Source: Enoplolaimus lenunculus (Eukaryota). From it: a stretch of DNA of 64,000 nucleotides. Shown here in pieces: positions 24,201 through 36,100 of this stretch (its first letter is position 1; every line of letters begins with the position of its first letter). The DNA lies in the NCBI GenBank assembly GCA_030248215.1, contig JASANG010000440.1:124001-188000 (forward strand), given 5' to 3'. The notes beneath the pieces are model-generated. The model worked only from the letters and a program-made list of their open reading frames with translations, was not told where the DNA came from and did not search any database. The translations under genes and the position numbers were made by a program.

Positions 24201-27200
24201 TTCCCTGTCGCAAAGCGGTTGTCAAATTGTAATATTCTGAACTATGATGCATCTGATGAAAACACCATAAAATTGCCGTTTCTAAATAAAAAAATCATCT
24301 GGGTCATAGAAAATCAGCTGGTTCATAAAAAGTCATTTGGGTCAAAATCATCTGGTTCATAAAAAATCATCTGGGTCATAAAAAATCATCTGGGTCATGA
24401 AAAATCATCTGGGTCATGAAAAATCATCTGGGTCATGAAAAATCATCTGGGTCATAGAAAATCAGCTGGTTCATAAAAAGTTATCTGGGTCAAAATCATC
24501 TGGATCATAAAAAATCATCTGGGTCATGAAAAATCATCTGGGTCATAAAAAATCATCTGGGTCACAATATGTTTCTCATTCAATATTTTCCTTAGAACAC
24601 GCCCCTCCTGAGGCTGTGATCTTACTCGTCTATATTATGATTCGTCTTTGCTTTCAGGGTCCCAGCAAGGATTATTGTATCGATGGGGATACGTTTTATA
24701 AAGATCAAGACGGAAGAATTCTGATGCCAACGAAAACCTACTAGAAACACCCTGGACTGAAATCACAAACGACGCGCTTGACCTATAGTAGGCCTCTTCT
24801 GGCTTCTACAACTGTTAGGTTACATTCAATTTGAATATGGGTCCGTATTCCTTAAAGTGGCCAAGTATTTAGATAGTTTTAAGAACATGTGTCACTATTT
24901 TGATAGGCTAATATCGAAGTGAATTATGGCAAAACTATTTTAAGCACGTGGATTGAGTAAAGGCGCAGACCATCTCTACACACAAAATAAATTGTCTTAA
25001 AATTTGAAGACTCCTACTTTCTTAAATGTTCAAGACATAAATGTCTTGTATTTCAGATATTAATTGCCTTTGAATAGCTCAGAAATTCGTTTGTTAAATG
25101 GTTAAAACATAAATGTGTTATATTTAATGCTATTGCCATATACTTAAGAAATCGAATTTCAAAAATATTTCGGGTTGAGCTCAAGCTCTCCCAACCTAAG
25201 TTTACATCTTGAACGTATGTTAAGTGGTAAAATTAGGGTATTGGGTTTAGGTTCAGCCCCCAATTTTGAAGTAGCTTTCCATGGCAAATCTCTGTGTTTT
25301 AAGCCATGTTTGTCTTGTATTTCAGAAATATTTTTCTTAATTGTTCATAAAACAAAGTCTTAAATTTAAGACATTTAAGTGTGAAAACTGTTTGACCAAT
25401 ATTTCTGAAAATTTTAAGAAATAAAAGCCATGAATTCAAGACATATATGTCTGGAGTCTGTATCGAGACATAATTGTCTTAAATTTCAGACAATATTTCT
25501 TGATTACAAGACAATTTATTTTGTGTGTAGTAAGGGATGGCGTCCAGATGGTGAATCCCAATGCGGTGCGGGATGGTGTGAGTTGCAGATCAACAAACTC
25601 GGAATTTGTCTTTTGGACTGTAAAAATTTCTGCCCGGCTGTGCCTTTGTTGAAATGTTTAGGTTGACTGTGGGTGCTTTGCTTATCTTATGATCAGGCCC
25701 GTAGCCAGCTCACCTTGCTAGAAGGGGATAAAACTATTTCATGAGGGCCATTCAAGGGTTTTCAACGACTTACAATTAAGGTTGAAAGTTGTCTACGGGT
25801 GCCAAAATTTTTTCAGGGGGGGCTGAGCCCTCTGCCCCCTCCCTTCGCCACGGGCCCGCTCGTGGCAAAAACTAACCGTGAGCCAGTCGATGAAACCAGT
25901 AATACGCGAGATCGACTCCAACTGCAGCCAATATCCAAACCAAATATGAGTCCCATGGCAATTCGATAATTTGAAAATGCTCAAAAGCCCAAATATACAA
26001 CTCAAATTCAATGCCTCGTGTTAGAACCCTGAAAACACAAACAAAGCAACTTTATCTGCTTTAGTTTAAGCCGAACTGATATTTTTGTATTTTGTTTATC
26101 GAATCTGCTCGCTGTTCTTTGAACAGCTGTCAATAGAGTCGAATCCGCAGATTTCTCTAAAATGGGTGCAGCACGAAACTGGAAAAAACCACGCAAGCGC
26201 ATCGACCTGGAAGCTGAACGCTAATTTAGTGCTAAACCTTGATACAAAATCTTGGTGTCGATTCCTACTGAAAGGACAGGGTCGCAGTGGATCCTGTGGA
26301 TCCGCCATGGACCGTACGATTGGAAAGCTACTGCGTCTGTTACAACAGACTAATGTTTTTATTGTTGTTACATTTTTTCTTTTTCGCGTGTTCGGGCCCA
26401 TACTGAAAAGGGGGGTGGGGGGAGGGGCTAAGCCCCGCCTGGAAAAATTTTGACTCCCCCTAGAAAATTTTCAATCTTTCTTGTAAGTCATTAAAAAACC
26501 CTTGAATGCACCTCCTAAAAAATTGTTGGCCTCCATAACAAGGCGAGCCGGCTACGGGTCTGCGTGTGTCGCTTTATATTTGCGCATGTTTCGCCGATTC
26601 GTGAACACTGACCTTACCAACAGTTGTAGAATTCCGGCTGTTGTGGATACAAATGAATCTCCCAACCGGAACCAGTGTTGTTTTCCGGTTGCTCGTGCGA
26701 CAATGTATTCCAGTGCGATTAAACCAAGAAACCAAAACGCAGCCTAAAAGTGACAAAAATGAAATCGATTAACAAGTTAACTGTAGTGACCCGAGTAAGA
26801 GGGTGTAATAAGAGACGGGAGATCCCCATTTTAAGCCCAATCAATAGGAGCCTGTATCCATAATAAAGAATCCGTAAGCGGATAGAGTCCCTAAACCCTA
26901 ATTAGAGTCCATAAATGACAATTATCCCTGACTATAAACGCATAAATGATTCCAGGACCAATTAAGTTGAGTTCGAAACTTTAAAGCGTACTTAAGTTTT
27001 GAAAGTACATACCCGCATAAATTTTATTAAATTATCCGGAAAACAACGGGTATGGTAACCAACTAAAATGCTGCGGAAGGTCAGTCCTGCCCAACAGATA
27101 GAATAACATAAGAGATGGGTGGTAGGTCCAACCAACAAAATGCGGCGGAGGTCGAATTAAAAATAAATAACAGTCCGTAACCGAACAACAGGATTGGTAC

Positions 27201-27703
27201 CCTCTGGAGAAACCAAATGAATCTCAGATTAGAATTTAGTTGAGTTTCAACAATTGGTTTTGTTTTCTAATGCCAGGCCGTGATAGGGATGCTAAGGACA
27301 CGATCCTACCTTTATCAGGATTTGTAAACTTATGCGTTATACCCAGTGTAGGGGGCAGACAGGGGTGAGGGTTCCCCCCAAATTCCAGGGCCGAGGCCAA
27401 TAAAGTGGCGAGCGAAGCGAACGAGAAACCATTCGCATTTTAAAACTTAAGCAGTATTTGTTTCAACCATTTAGGGTAGGGGCCCTATTTCGGGGTGGGC
27501 CCCCCAAATGGGAGTATGGATTGTGGTTGCTCCGACCCTGATTATACCTCATCAACAATTTTTGGAACTTCTTCAACTGTTTTGTACGAACTTTCCCACG
27601 GTGTCACCAAATAGAAAAGTCGCCGAAAATGACCAAATGACGCTCCAGTCCACAACTTTGATGCATCCGTGTTTGCTGCAATTTGATGTGTTCCGTTTGC
27701 CAT
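15246..27703 (-). CDS. AGMO: Alkylglycerol monooxygenase, tandem paralog A; complete, 12 coding exons, 465 aa
   Basis: Exons: 27703-27548, 26743-26613, 26028-25877, 24281-24178, 23445-23350, 22064-21998, 21238-21173, 19838-19753, 19585-19448, 18408-18289, 16712-16627, 15441-15246. All are GT-AG and phase-consistent; total 1398 nt, ATG to TGA. Motifs: [77 protein letters not shown]. Confidence 0.93.
15753..16544. mobile_element. TIR MITE (GGCTGGGTTTC termini, 3-bp ATT TSD) hosting a nested piggyBac-type MITE at 15779-16041
   Basis: ATT|GGCTGGGTTTC...GAAACCCAGCC|ATT. The uninterrupted inverted copy at 34880-35238 shows the empty site. Confidence 0.75.
16892..17066 (+). mobile_element. Non-autonomous Helitron-like element
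   Basis: A|TCTATATTATTAAAGCTGG...GACTAG|T (TC start, CTAG end, inserted between A and T). The same 5' motif recurs at about 17068-17110 and 5837-5885. Confidence 0.55.
17367..17554. mobile_element. TTAGGC-carrying MITE
   Basis: Perfect TSD CAATTTGC at 17359-17366 and 17555-17562; TIR AGCCAATGTAAAGAACTGGGACGGAAC. Confidence 0.85.
17991..18276. mobile_element. TTAGGC-carrying MITE with 18 perfect telomere-type units
   Basis: Perfect TSD GTATCAAT at 17983-17990 and 18277-18284; (CCTAAG)18 at 18035-18142. Confidence 0.9.
18943..19091. mobile_element. TTAGGC-carrying MITE, short decayed copy
   Basis: GGCTAATGTAAATAACAGGGGCAGAAC...CTACATGGGCC with CCTAAG/CCTAAA units. Confidence 0.7.
19899..20118. 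mobile_element. TIR MITE (CGGGGTTCACGTTATAACTGGGGCAGC termini; Tc1/pogo-like)
   Basis: 27-bp perfect TIR with TA on the right side. A longer relative lies at 22638-23291. Confidence 0.75.
21521..21708. mobile_element. TTAGGC-carrying MITE (GGCCAATGTTACTTTTA subfamily)
   Basis: TIR GGCCAATGTTACTTTTA / TAAAAGTAACATGGGCC; near-TSD AAAGTTTT/AAAGATTT. Similar copies at about 2005-2214, 29951-30150, 30557-30735 and 51115-51290. Confidence 0.8.
24288..24566. repeat. 19-20-bp minisatellite (AAAAATCATCTGGGTCAT), about 14 copies
   Basis: Directly visible tandem units abutting the acceptor of AGMO-A exon 4. Confidence 0.9.
24979..25527. mobile_element. TA-flanked TIR element (CACACAAAATAAATTGTCTT termini)
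   Basis: 20-bp perfect TIR with TA flanks. A partial copy lies at about 27873-28015. Confidence 0.75.
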
Positions 27704-28236
27704 ATTTATACAAAAAACGCTGTAGTGGTTTTTGTTCAAAATAATTACTATTATTCGCTATTTGTACTTTATTAATAGTTTAAGTCTTAATTTTATTATT
27801 AAACTGGGATGCTGGATACTTTATTCAGTCAACCGTGTCCACCATTTCGAAGCAAAACACAGTCCGTTTCGCTCAAATAAATTGTTTTGAAATTTCAAGA
27901 CTCCTACCTTCTTAAATTTTCAAGACATAAGTGTCAAATATTTCAGACATTAATAGCCTTAAACACCTCAAAAATTTATGTTTGAAATGGTTAAAACATA
28001 AATGTCTTATATTCAAAAGTTTTGCCGGTTCCCAAAATTTAAGCAATTAAATTATCAGACGACGGTGAAAAATTATCCCATTTTTGTGGAAAAAAAATTG
28101 ATGAAGTAGTATGTTGTTGTGGCTACGCTGATTGGATGTACTTTAGAAAACTTTCTGAATGAACCAATGATAAAATATTATCGATATAAAACAAAATACT
28201 TCCGGAACGACGTTCACAGAAAGCGGCAGACTATAA

Positions 28237-28746
28237 GGGTGGCACTATACTTGCCATACGGCGCCATCCGGTCCTGTTCGTCCCCATGCTGTACCGTACG
28301 TAAATTTGCGTATGATTCCGCACGGTGACGCGCCGTGGGTCGTTTCCGGTATCCCCCCAGCCCACGTTTGCCCGAAAAGGATCGATTTTAAAATTTATTG
28401 CATATTTGATCTTCTCATGATTTTTAAGGTCCCAAGGTCCATTTTTGCGACCCAAAAAATTTTGGTAAAAAGTTTGACAAATCACTATTCGATGCAGCTT
28501 GCGGAGCTGAGTACAATGGTGTTGAATTTTTTACAATTTTAGACGATTTGAACGAATTAAGGTCAGATAACTGATTTGGCACCGACCCAAATCATTGACA
28601 ATGCGCTATCATGAGAAGATCAAATATGCAAAAATTTCTAAAATCGATCCATTTTTGGCCAAACGCAGGCTGGGGGAGGGGATAACGGAAATCACCCCGC
28701 GCCGCGACAAATGGTACCGGACGTCTATAAAAATACAGCACCACCC
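28237..28746. mobile_element. Harbinger-like MITE (TAA TSD) containing a nested long-inverted-repeat element
   Basis: TAA|GGGTGG...CCACCC|TAA; inner inverted arms at about 28350-28422 and 28607-28677. Confidence 0.6.
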
Positions 28747-29494
28747 TAAGATGCCATGTACAGTTTGCTGTGCAATTTTTGCATTCGCTTCTGCGGTAGT
28801 TTTATGTCTCGTGAGATATTGTATTCTGTCACAAACAACGTCATATTTCTGTCTATTTTTAAAGCACAAACAAAGTATAAAATACCCTTGAAAAGCATTT
28901 TGTCAAAAGTAAACAAATGAAATGATAGGAAACGTTTGAAGCTGAACGGCGTCGTTACGGTGTATTTTTAAGCTGTCGACTGCAGTTGCAATATAAATTG
29001 CGTCCTGTAGCAATTTGTGTGCTTTTTTTGAAGATACAGTAAGCAGTAGCTACCAATGAATAATGCAATACTTTACGAACACAGGCTGTTGAGAAAAATA
29101 ATAAATCAAATACACAGTGGCGGATAATGGATCTCTCCATGGGGGATCCGAGGTTGACCGGCACTCGCCCCCCCATCCAATCAGGGGGTTTGGGGCACTT
29201 TTGGGATAGTAATAAAGTCACGCAAATGCTTTTCCGAGCGAGTGTAAGCTGTTCTGTATATAATAAAAAGTACTGGAACTATATTAATAATTTTAATTTC
29301 ATTTTTTTTCAGTTTACGCAGTAAGTAATTAGGAAACCAAGATTTATACAATATTGGGCCCATTTTACTTTTAGGGGCGTCCATTTTTGCAACGCTTAGA
29401 CTTATTCTTAGGCAAAGGGGTGAATGTTACCCTAAAGGCCGTCCCATTTTCCCGGGACAGCAATGTACCAGGAGTACATACAAAAAATATAATT

Positions 29495-29705
29495 GGGACG
29501 GCGAGACAGTTGGGACAGATGAGACAGTGGGACAGATGGAACAGTTGGGACACCTGGGATAGAAGGAACAAATGGGACAGCTGGACAGATAAGACTGTTG
29601 GGAAAGATGGGACAGCTGAAACACATGGGACAGTTGGGACAGATGGGACAGTTGGGACAGATGGGACAGATGAGACAGTTGGGATATTTAGGACAGATGG
29701 GACAA
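29495..29705. repeat. 9-bp-based tandem repeat (GGGACAGAT/GGGACAGTT)
   Basis: Degenerate tandem units visible directly; they produce spurious repetitive ORFs on both strands. Confidence 0.85.
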
Positions 29706-32700
29706 ATGAAGTTTCAAAATCACACACCCCAAAAGCGCAGTGTCTGTCTACCATATTCCGACCCGAAATTCCAAAATCCTACCTGCGACCATGTTCAAAA
29801 ATAGAAAAATCACACCTGCTACCTGAAATTGATATGACGGGAAGGAGGAATTTTAGCAAGTTAGCGAGGTTGGACCGTTCTATGCTGAAACTATAGATAT
29901 TTTGAATTTTAGTTGACAAATGGTAGCGTTTACATTTTTATAATTTTTATAGCCAATGTTACTTTAAGGGGCGTTACAGTAGACGAAAGCGTATTGCTAA
30001 ACCTAAGCCTAAGCCTATAGCGTTGCAAAAATGATTTTCTAATCCTATTTAGCCTAAGCCTATTAAGCCTAAGCAAAAAAGTGTAATATAGAATCTAAAC
30101 CTACTCTTTTATAGACCCACCAGAAACTGGGCGCCCCTTAACACGGGACAGTTTTATTTTAGTCAAAGTCAACTTTTTTAAAAAATACTATAAAAGCTTG
30201 GCTCATAATTCGAAAAAAAGTAAATAAAACATTCATACTGAATTGAGAATCTATTTTAGCGATTTACGATCGATACACACACCATCCTGTATGACTTACG
30301 TCTTGAAATAGTATTTTTATTACAAACCTGTCATTATTACTTGGCATATTTCTTTATTTTGATGGTCGAAAAGTACTCAATTGATTTGACAAAACTTATA
30401 TTTTGAAGCAATTTTGTTGGCTTTTGAGGACGTAATATAGTCACATTTATTCTGTTGTTGTTTAAAGGCAAAATAGAAGATTTAAATCTGTTTATTCTGA
30501 AATAACGTTAACTGATAGAAGCGCGAAATTGAAACATCCGTTTCCATAGCGCCTTTGGCCATTGTTACTTTAAGAGGCGTAACAGTATATTAAGCGCATT
30601 CCTAAGCCTCTAAAACTATAAGCATTGCAAAAATGTGTTAGTAAGCCTAAGCAAAAAATGTATTAATCTAGAATCTAAACGTACTCTTTTATGGACCCAT
30701 CAGAAACCTGGACGCCCCTTAAAGTAACATGGGTCGTCGCTTTCGTATCGGCATGACAGGGTGTGACACGATATCCTTTACCGTTTCTGATAAAAAGCGG
30801 TGTCAGTTTCCGCTACACAAATAACGGAAATTGGCTGATTTGTACGCTAAAATTAGTTAAAATCACACATCTCGCATTTTTTCGCAACAGATATGCTGCA
30901 ATTGTTTGCAATAAAATATAAAGTACTGTATTCGTCAAAATTACAATTTATCGAACATTGGGACTTTAAAAACTAAAATCCTCATTCACGGCAAAACTGA
31001 AGGCAGTCATCTCGCAGTGCGAAGCGGATGTCGTCAATAGCTGCAAAACAAAATAAGCAATGGGCAACTTGCGGAACCGGAAGTGTGCCAAACCGCTCAA
31101 TTTGATTAACCACAGCTATTTACTGGCACAATTGAATAAAATACACACACTACAAGATAAGTCACAGACAAATTTTCATCGCAGAATTCAGCTTGGTTAT
31201 AACTATCTAACGCTACTCCAAAAAATAGTTCACCCACTTGTTTGCAAGGACGGTACAAAACAATGTTTTTGCGATATTTGGACTTTGCAGAAGGCATACA
31301 TAGTTTGTTATGGCGGTGGACACAATTTGGACAGTGTCTGAGAACAAGAGTTCCTTCGGTCAGACTAATCGCTAACAGTGTCCCTCCGGAGAGAATTTGT
31401 ACGCATTAAGCGGATTCTCTTCCGACAAACTCATGACAAAACAGCTGCCCTTTCTAACGTATTGACGAAGTGGTACCTGTATGTGCGATAATGTGGTAAA
31501 GTATGCGCCATAGAGGTTTTCAGGTTGCAAACACAGGGTGTGGGTGACTGTTGGATATATTTTATAAACACGGCAATTATAGGAACTTAGACGTTCGCAT
31601 GTGGGTACAATTTTTTACAGTAGCATAGATAGTGTAACGTGTATGACCCATTATAACATGTAAGTTATTTTAAATTTTTGTAATTTCCTCTCTAAAGAAG
31701 ATCTGAACTCATATTGGCCTAAATTTTCACAAAAACCAATCAATCCATTTTGTAGTAACTCTGACATAAATACAATGCGCAGCAGAAAACACGCGTCCCG
31801 GGTTTCGGTACAACAACGACATTCAGCTACGCTAGAATTTTTTCTCGATTGGCTGGTTCAGTGAGACTATTTGCAAATTTATGAACAGTCTTATAAGCAT
31901 ATGCTAAGCTTAAGCAACAAGTCTACAGTTTACTCTTGTGTAGTCAAGCGGTAAATGGGTACGTAACTCAACGTAACATGAGCGATCAGAATATAAGATT
32001 ATAAGTACACAAATCAAAAAAGCCAAATCGATTTTCTTTCGTTATTGTTACCTTCATTACCTTTGCCATATTGTTTTCCAGGAATAGTTCGAATCCAAAC
32101 TGTAGCAAAACATTCGCCGTATAACACAAAGTTTAGTTATCACAAATTAGTATACACGTATGCGTCATGTTTCCATACAGATGACTTCGTGTGTTGGCTA
32201 ATTTCAAGTACATGGTCACTAACACGTGGTTATTGTTTGATTGAGACTCAGTTTGTGTAGTCAGTAAAAGCCTATTTCGGAGAGAGTCAATTTGAGTCAC
32301 CATTTTTTACAGTGTAGTCACCATTGGTTGGCTTCAAAAAGTTGTATATAACAACTCATTGTGTTGTCTTATGATTAATAGTTTTCGCTGCGAACTGGGG
32401 ACAAAATCTGCGCTCTGCCGCGTTCCAAGATATGCTTCTAACTTACGAGTAAATTATTTGCTATCACAGAACTCTTTGATTTTCAATCATTGACGATTCC
32501 TTATTGCAATCGATGTAGTCTGTTTAAAATTGCACAGACACAACACTAAATGTTCGTCGAATCACATAAAACATCCCACAGATGCCACTGGTTTGATCCA
32601 TCAGCCTGTCAGATAACAACCATCGCACAACGAAGCCTGCCCGTGATTCCATTACGACGGCGCTACTTTTCATACATTTTAATGTCATCCGTCATCGTTT

Positions 32701-33177
32701 TCACTGTCGTGAGGTATGGCTCACAAATGATTCGCACACAGCAAGAAAAATGGTGAGTCAAATAGTCCCGTAGAGCCTATTTCGCAGAGAGTCAATGGGA
32801 CTCACGATTTTGCAGTGCATTCAATACCACACGGTGACGGGCGGTGCCGCACGGCAAGTTTAGAATCACCCTTACTGGTTCCACTTTAACCGTTTCTCAC
32901 CGCAGAACAATTTACTTTGAGTCAACAACAAATCCAAGCAGTTATCAACCAACTGTACCAAACTTCCGCCATGTGCTTTTGACCCACAATTGAAAAGTCA
33001 ATAAAATATTATGCCGAATTACCTTTGCAAGCGAACCCAAAAGTGTTATTTTACCCGAATGCTAAAATATGGCAGCGATCAATGTAAACATAGCAAAATA
33101 GCGTCGTCCACCAGAACATGCTCCATTAATCAATTGATATACTTAGCTGATAACGATGTTGCTTTATGCCGTTTTGA

Positions 33178-36100
33178 TTACGTTCCAGAATGCTGGCCAA
33201 GTTGTAATCTCAATTCGCGATTATCTCTCGAAAGCTGCGATATTTCTTTACCCAACGTTTCAATATTTTCCTGAAAAAATACAACTGAACGTTTGTCCAG
33301 CATCGTCAACAAATCCACTGTGAGTGCCGCTAACCGGAAGCTGTCACCTGTGAAGCACGATACTATGATGGTAAAACTCCGTACTCATGTGAACTATACG
33401 TGAAGGGCCAGTCTATTAGCATAAGCCTAAGCCTAAACTTAAAGATAAGGCTTGTCTTAATTCTAAGGTTCCTGGTCTGTATGACCCCCAGTCTCTCTGT
33501 CTCCCGCAGGGTGCAACCGGAATTCCAATTCCGATTAGAATTTGAATTCCGATTCAAAACGAGTCCTGATTCCGATTCCGATTGCACAATCAATCGGAAT
33601 CGGTTTGATATATAGTGTAAAAAGTCGGCATCATTTATCTATTATATCGTTTTCGATGTGTGTTAACTTATCAATCATTGATTGTAGTTTAGCTTTACAG
33701 AAACAAAAAAGGATTGGCAATTTGATCATGCGACGTTTTTGATAATTGTTGCCAGCCAACAAACATCGTAAATCAATATTATACTTGTTAACAGAAATTA
33801 TCCGTTATAATCACAAAATTTCTAGTTCCGCTCCCGATTCCAGTATAATTTTGCTGCTCCGGTTCCGGTGTAATCAAGTTCCGCTTTGCACCGTGGTCAC
33901 CAGTAATGGACGCTTGCGGATCAGTTTCACCGTGTGCCAAATTAATCTGAATTAAACCGGAATCGGAATCGTAAACAAAGTTTGGCTTTGGTGTCGTAAA
34001 GTTGAACTGTGTTTTCGAATGCGTTTCAATATTCGATGCGTTTTAAAAATGCGAAAATATCAACAGGGTCCTGACTCACTTTGTATGTAATCGTTTTGAG
34101 CAATGTATCTTCAAGTACTGTCTGTAATTTCTGATTAATTTCAAGTAACACTTTTGAATTCGGTTTGCCACCAGCGCCATCCTGTGTGTTGCCAGAAAAT
34201 ATGCTTCCCATCAATGTATTGCGATGCGTTGCAATTTCTGCCTGAAACAATATTATAATTGTTGCAATAACAATTATTACATTAAAATACCTTTACTAAT
34301 AATAAATAAAATTACTATGAATTAAAACAAGATATACAATGTGTATGCACCCAGAAATTATCCATAAACGCGCTAGTGACATTATATTTGCGATTCTGCA
34401 GTGTTGTGCTGACTGCCGTCTTGTACAGACCCAAACGAAAATTGTCTTTCAAATTCAGGGGTCTCTCAGAAAATGTCATCCCAGAGTACATAACTTTACT
34501 AGCAAAATATTGTCTTTTTAAACACAATTTACTAAAATTACGTCCGTCTTTTCGCTCGCTACCACACGGTTGAGCAGATTAACGATATACTGGAAAAAAA
34601 CTCAACGCGTGTTTATTTTCTGGGTTTCTCAACGTAAATTCGGGATAACGGTCACTCACTTTGCACACCACTGTGGTTCTGCTCACAATTTATTTTGTCG
34701 TGTAAAACTTTTGTAAACCACGATTTTTTTAAAACTGACCCAAGCGGTAGCATCAGACACCGCCGTTCCAGCCACCAAACGTAGTCAACTTTAGAACAAA
34801 AAATAAATAATTTTTACCGCAAATCTGAACACGAAACAAAACAAATTTAAAGCAATTCGGACTGGTTGTTGCAAATAGTGGCTGGGTTTCTGAAACCGTA
34901 CTTAAGTACGACTTACTTGAGTATGTGCTAAGAAATTACTTAACCGTTTTGTTGTTGTTCAAAGCTTACTTATGTTAAGTAAATACTTAAGTCGCCGATT
35001 AAATTTGATGTATTACCGATTAACCGCTCAGGTATACTAACATTGGTCAAACTGAAATTGTAGACGCATAGTGCCTCCTTTATATAAAGCAGAACTATTA
35101 ATTTTTGTTATGACAATCACTAAAATTTAGCGTTTATCTGTTTTTGTTTGAAAAGTTAAGTGTTTACTTAAGTCGGCGACTTAAGTATTAAGTATAACTT
35201 AAGTAAAAATACCTTAGTAAGATTTCAGAAACCCAGCCAATATCAGGCAACCGATTTGAAATATGAAAAGCGCACCATGTTCCATGCCGCATCAACTGAG
35301 ATATCACATGAAAAGCAATCAACCACAATCGCAACAGGAAACACAAATGAGTGACAAGTATTTTTGTAACTTCGTACAGTCTCAACTCTCCATAAAATTA
35401 ATTACAAACCGACCAGAACAAGAGCAGACAAACTATAATGTTGGATTTTGCCACAAATTTAAATGCTGCTTTAGCTGTGCATAAATATAAATAAATATGG
35501 TACCACGTGATCCGACAACTCATCGACCGACAGCTCATAAGCCGACATCTCGTCGGCCAGACAATATTTGTCGCCCCGTGTAAGCTTAGATACGTCGTGT
35601 CGCTTAGATATTGGGACGACAGGATACCGGCATTGACGAAATATCGGCATACGAGTTGCCGGACGACAAATTGACGTAGATTCTAAAACATGAAACAAAA
35701 ACGAACCATAAATATAAACTTGCGTGCTACAAAACAAGCAAAAACAGCTTCAAGGGCAACACAAACAAATAACTGCAACCTGTGTGGTCAGAGATGGAAA
35801 TAAGAGTAACAAAATTAACAAAATATGCGCAATCCTTATGTTGATTTCAAACGCGTAATATAATCACTCTGCTCTTAGTACAGTTTACAACTGAATCAGC
35901 ACGCGACCTATCAGAAACAATCGCTAAACGACAAAAACTTTCGATAGTTACGCGCTGTTCACAATGACTTCGTGATAGCCCTGATCTATAAGAGATTACG
36001 TGGCACTGTTGACAAAATTATTGTGAATGGCGCATTAACCTGTCGTAAAAATTTCAACAAACTTTTACGATGAAAATTTTAAAATCTAAAAAGCACTATT

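Noticed and set aside
29371..29896. 127-169 aa ORFs on both strands
   Set aside because: They are generated by the 9-bp GGGACAG tandem repeat.
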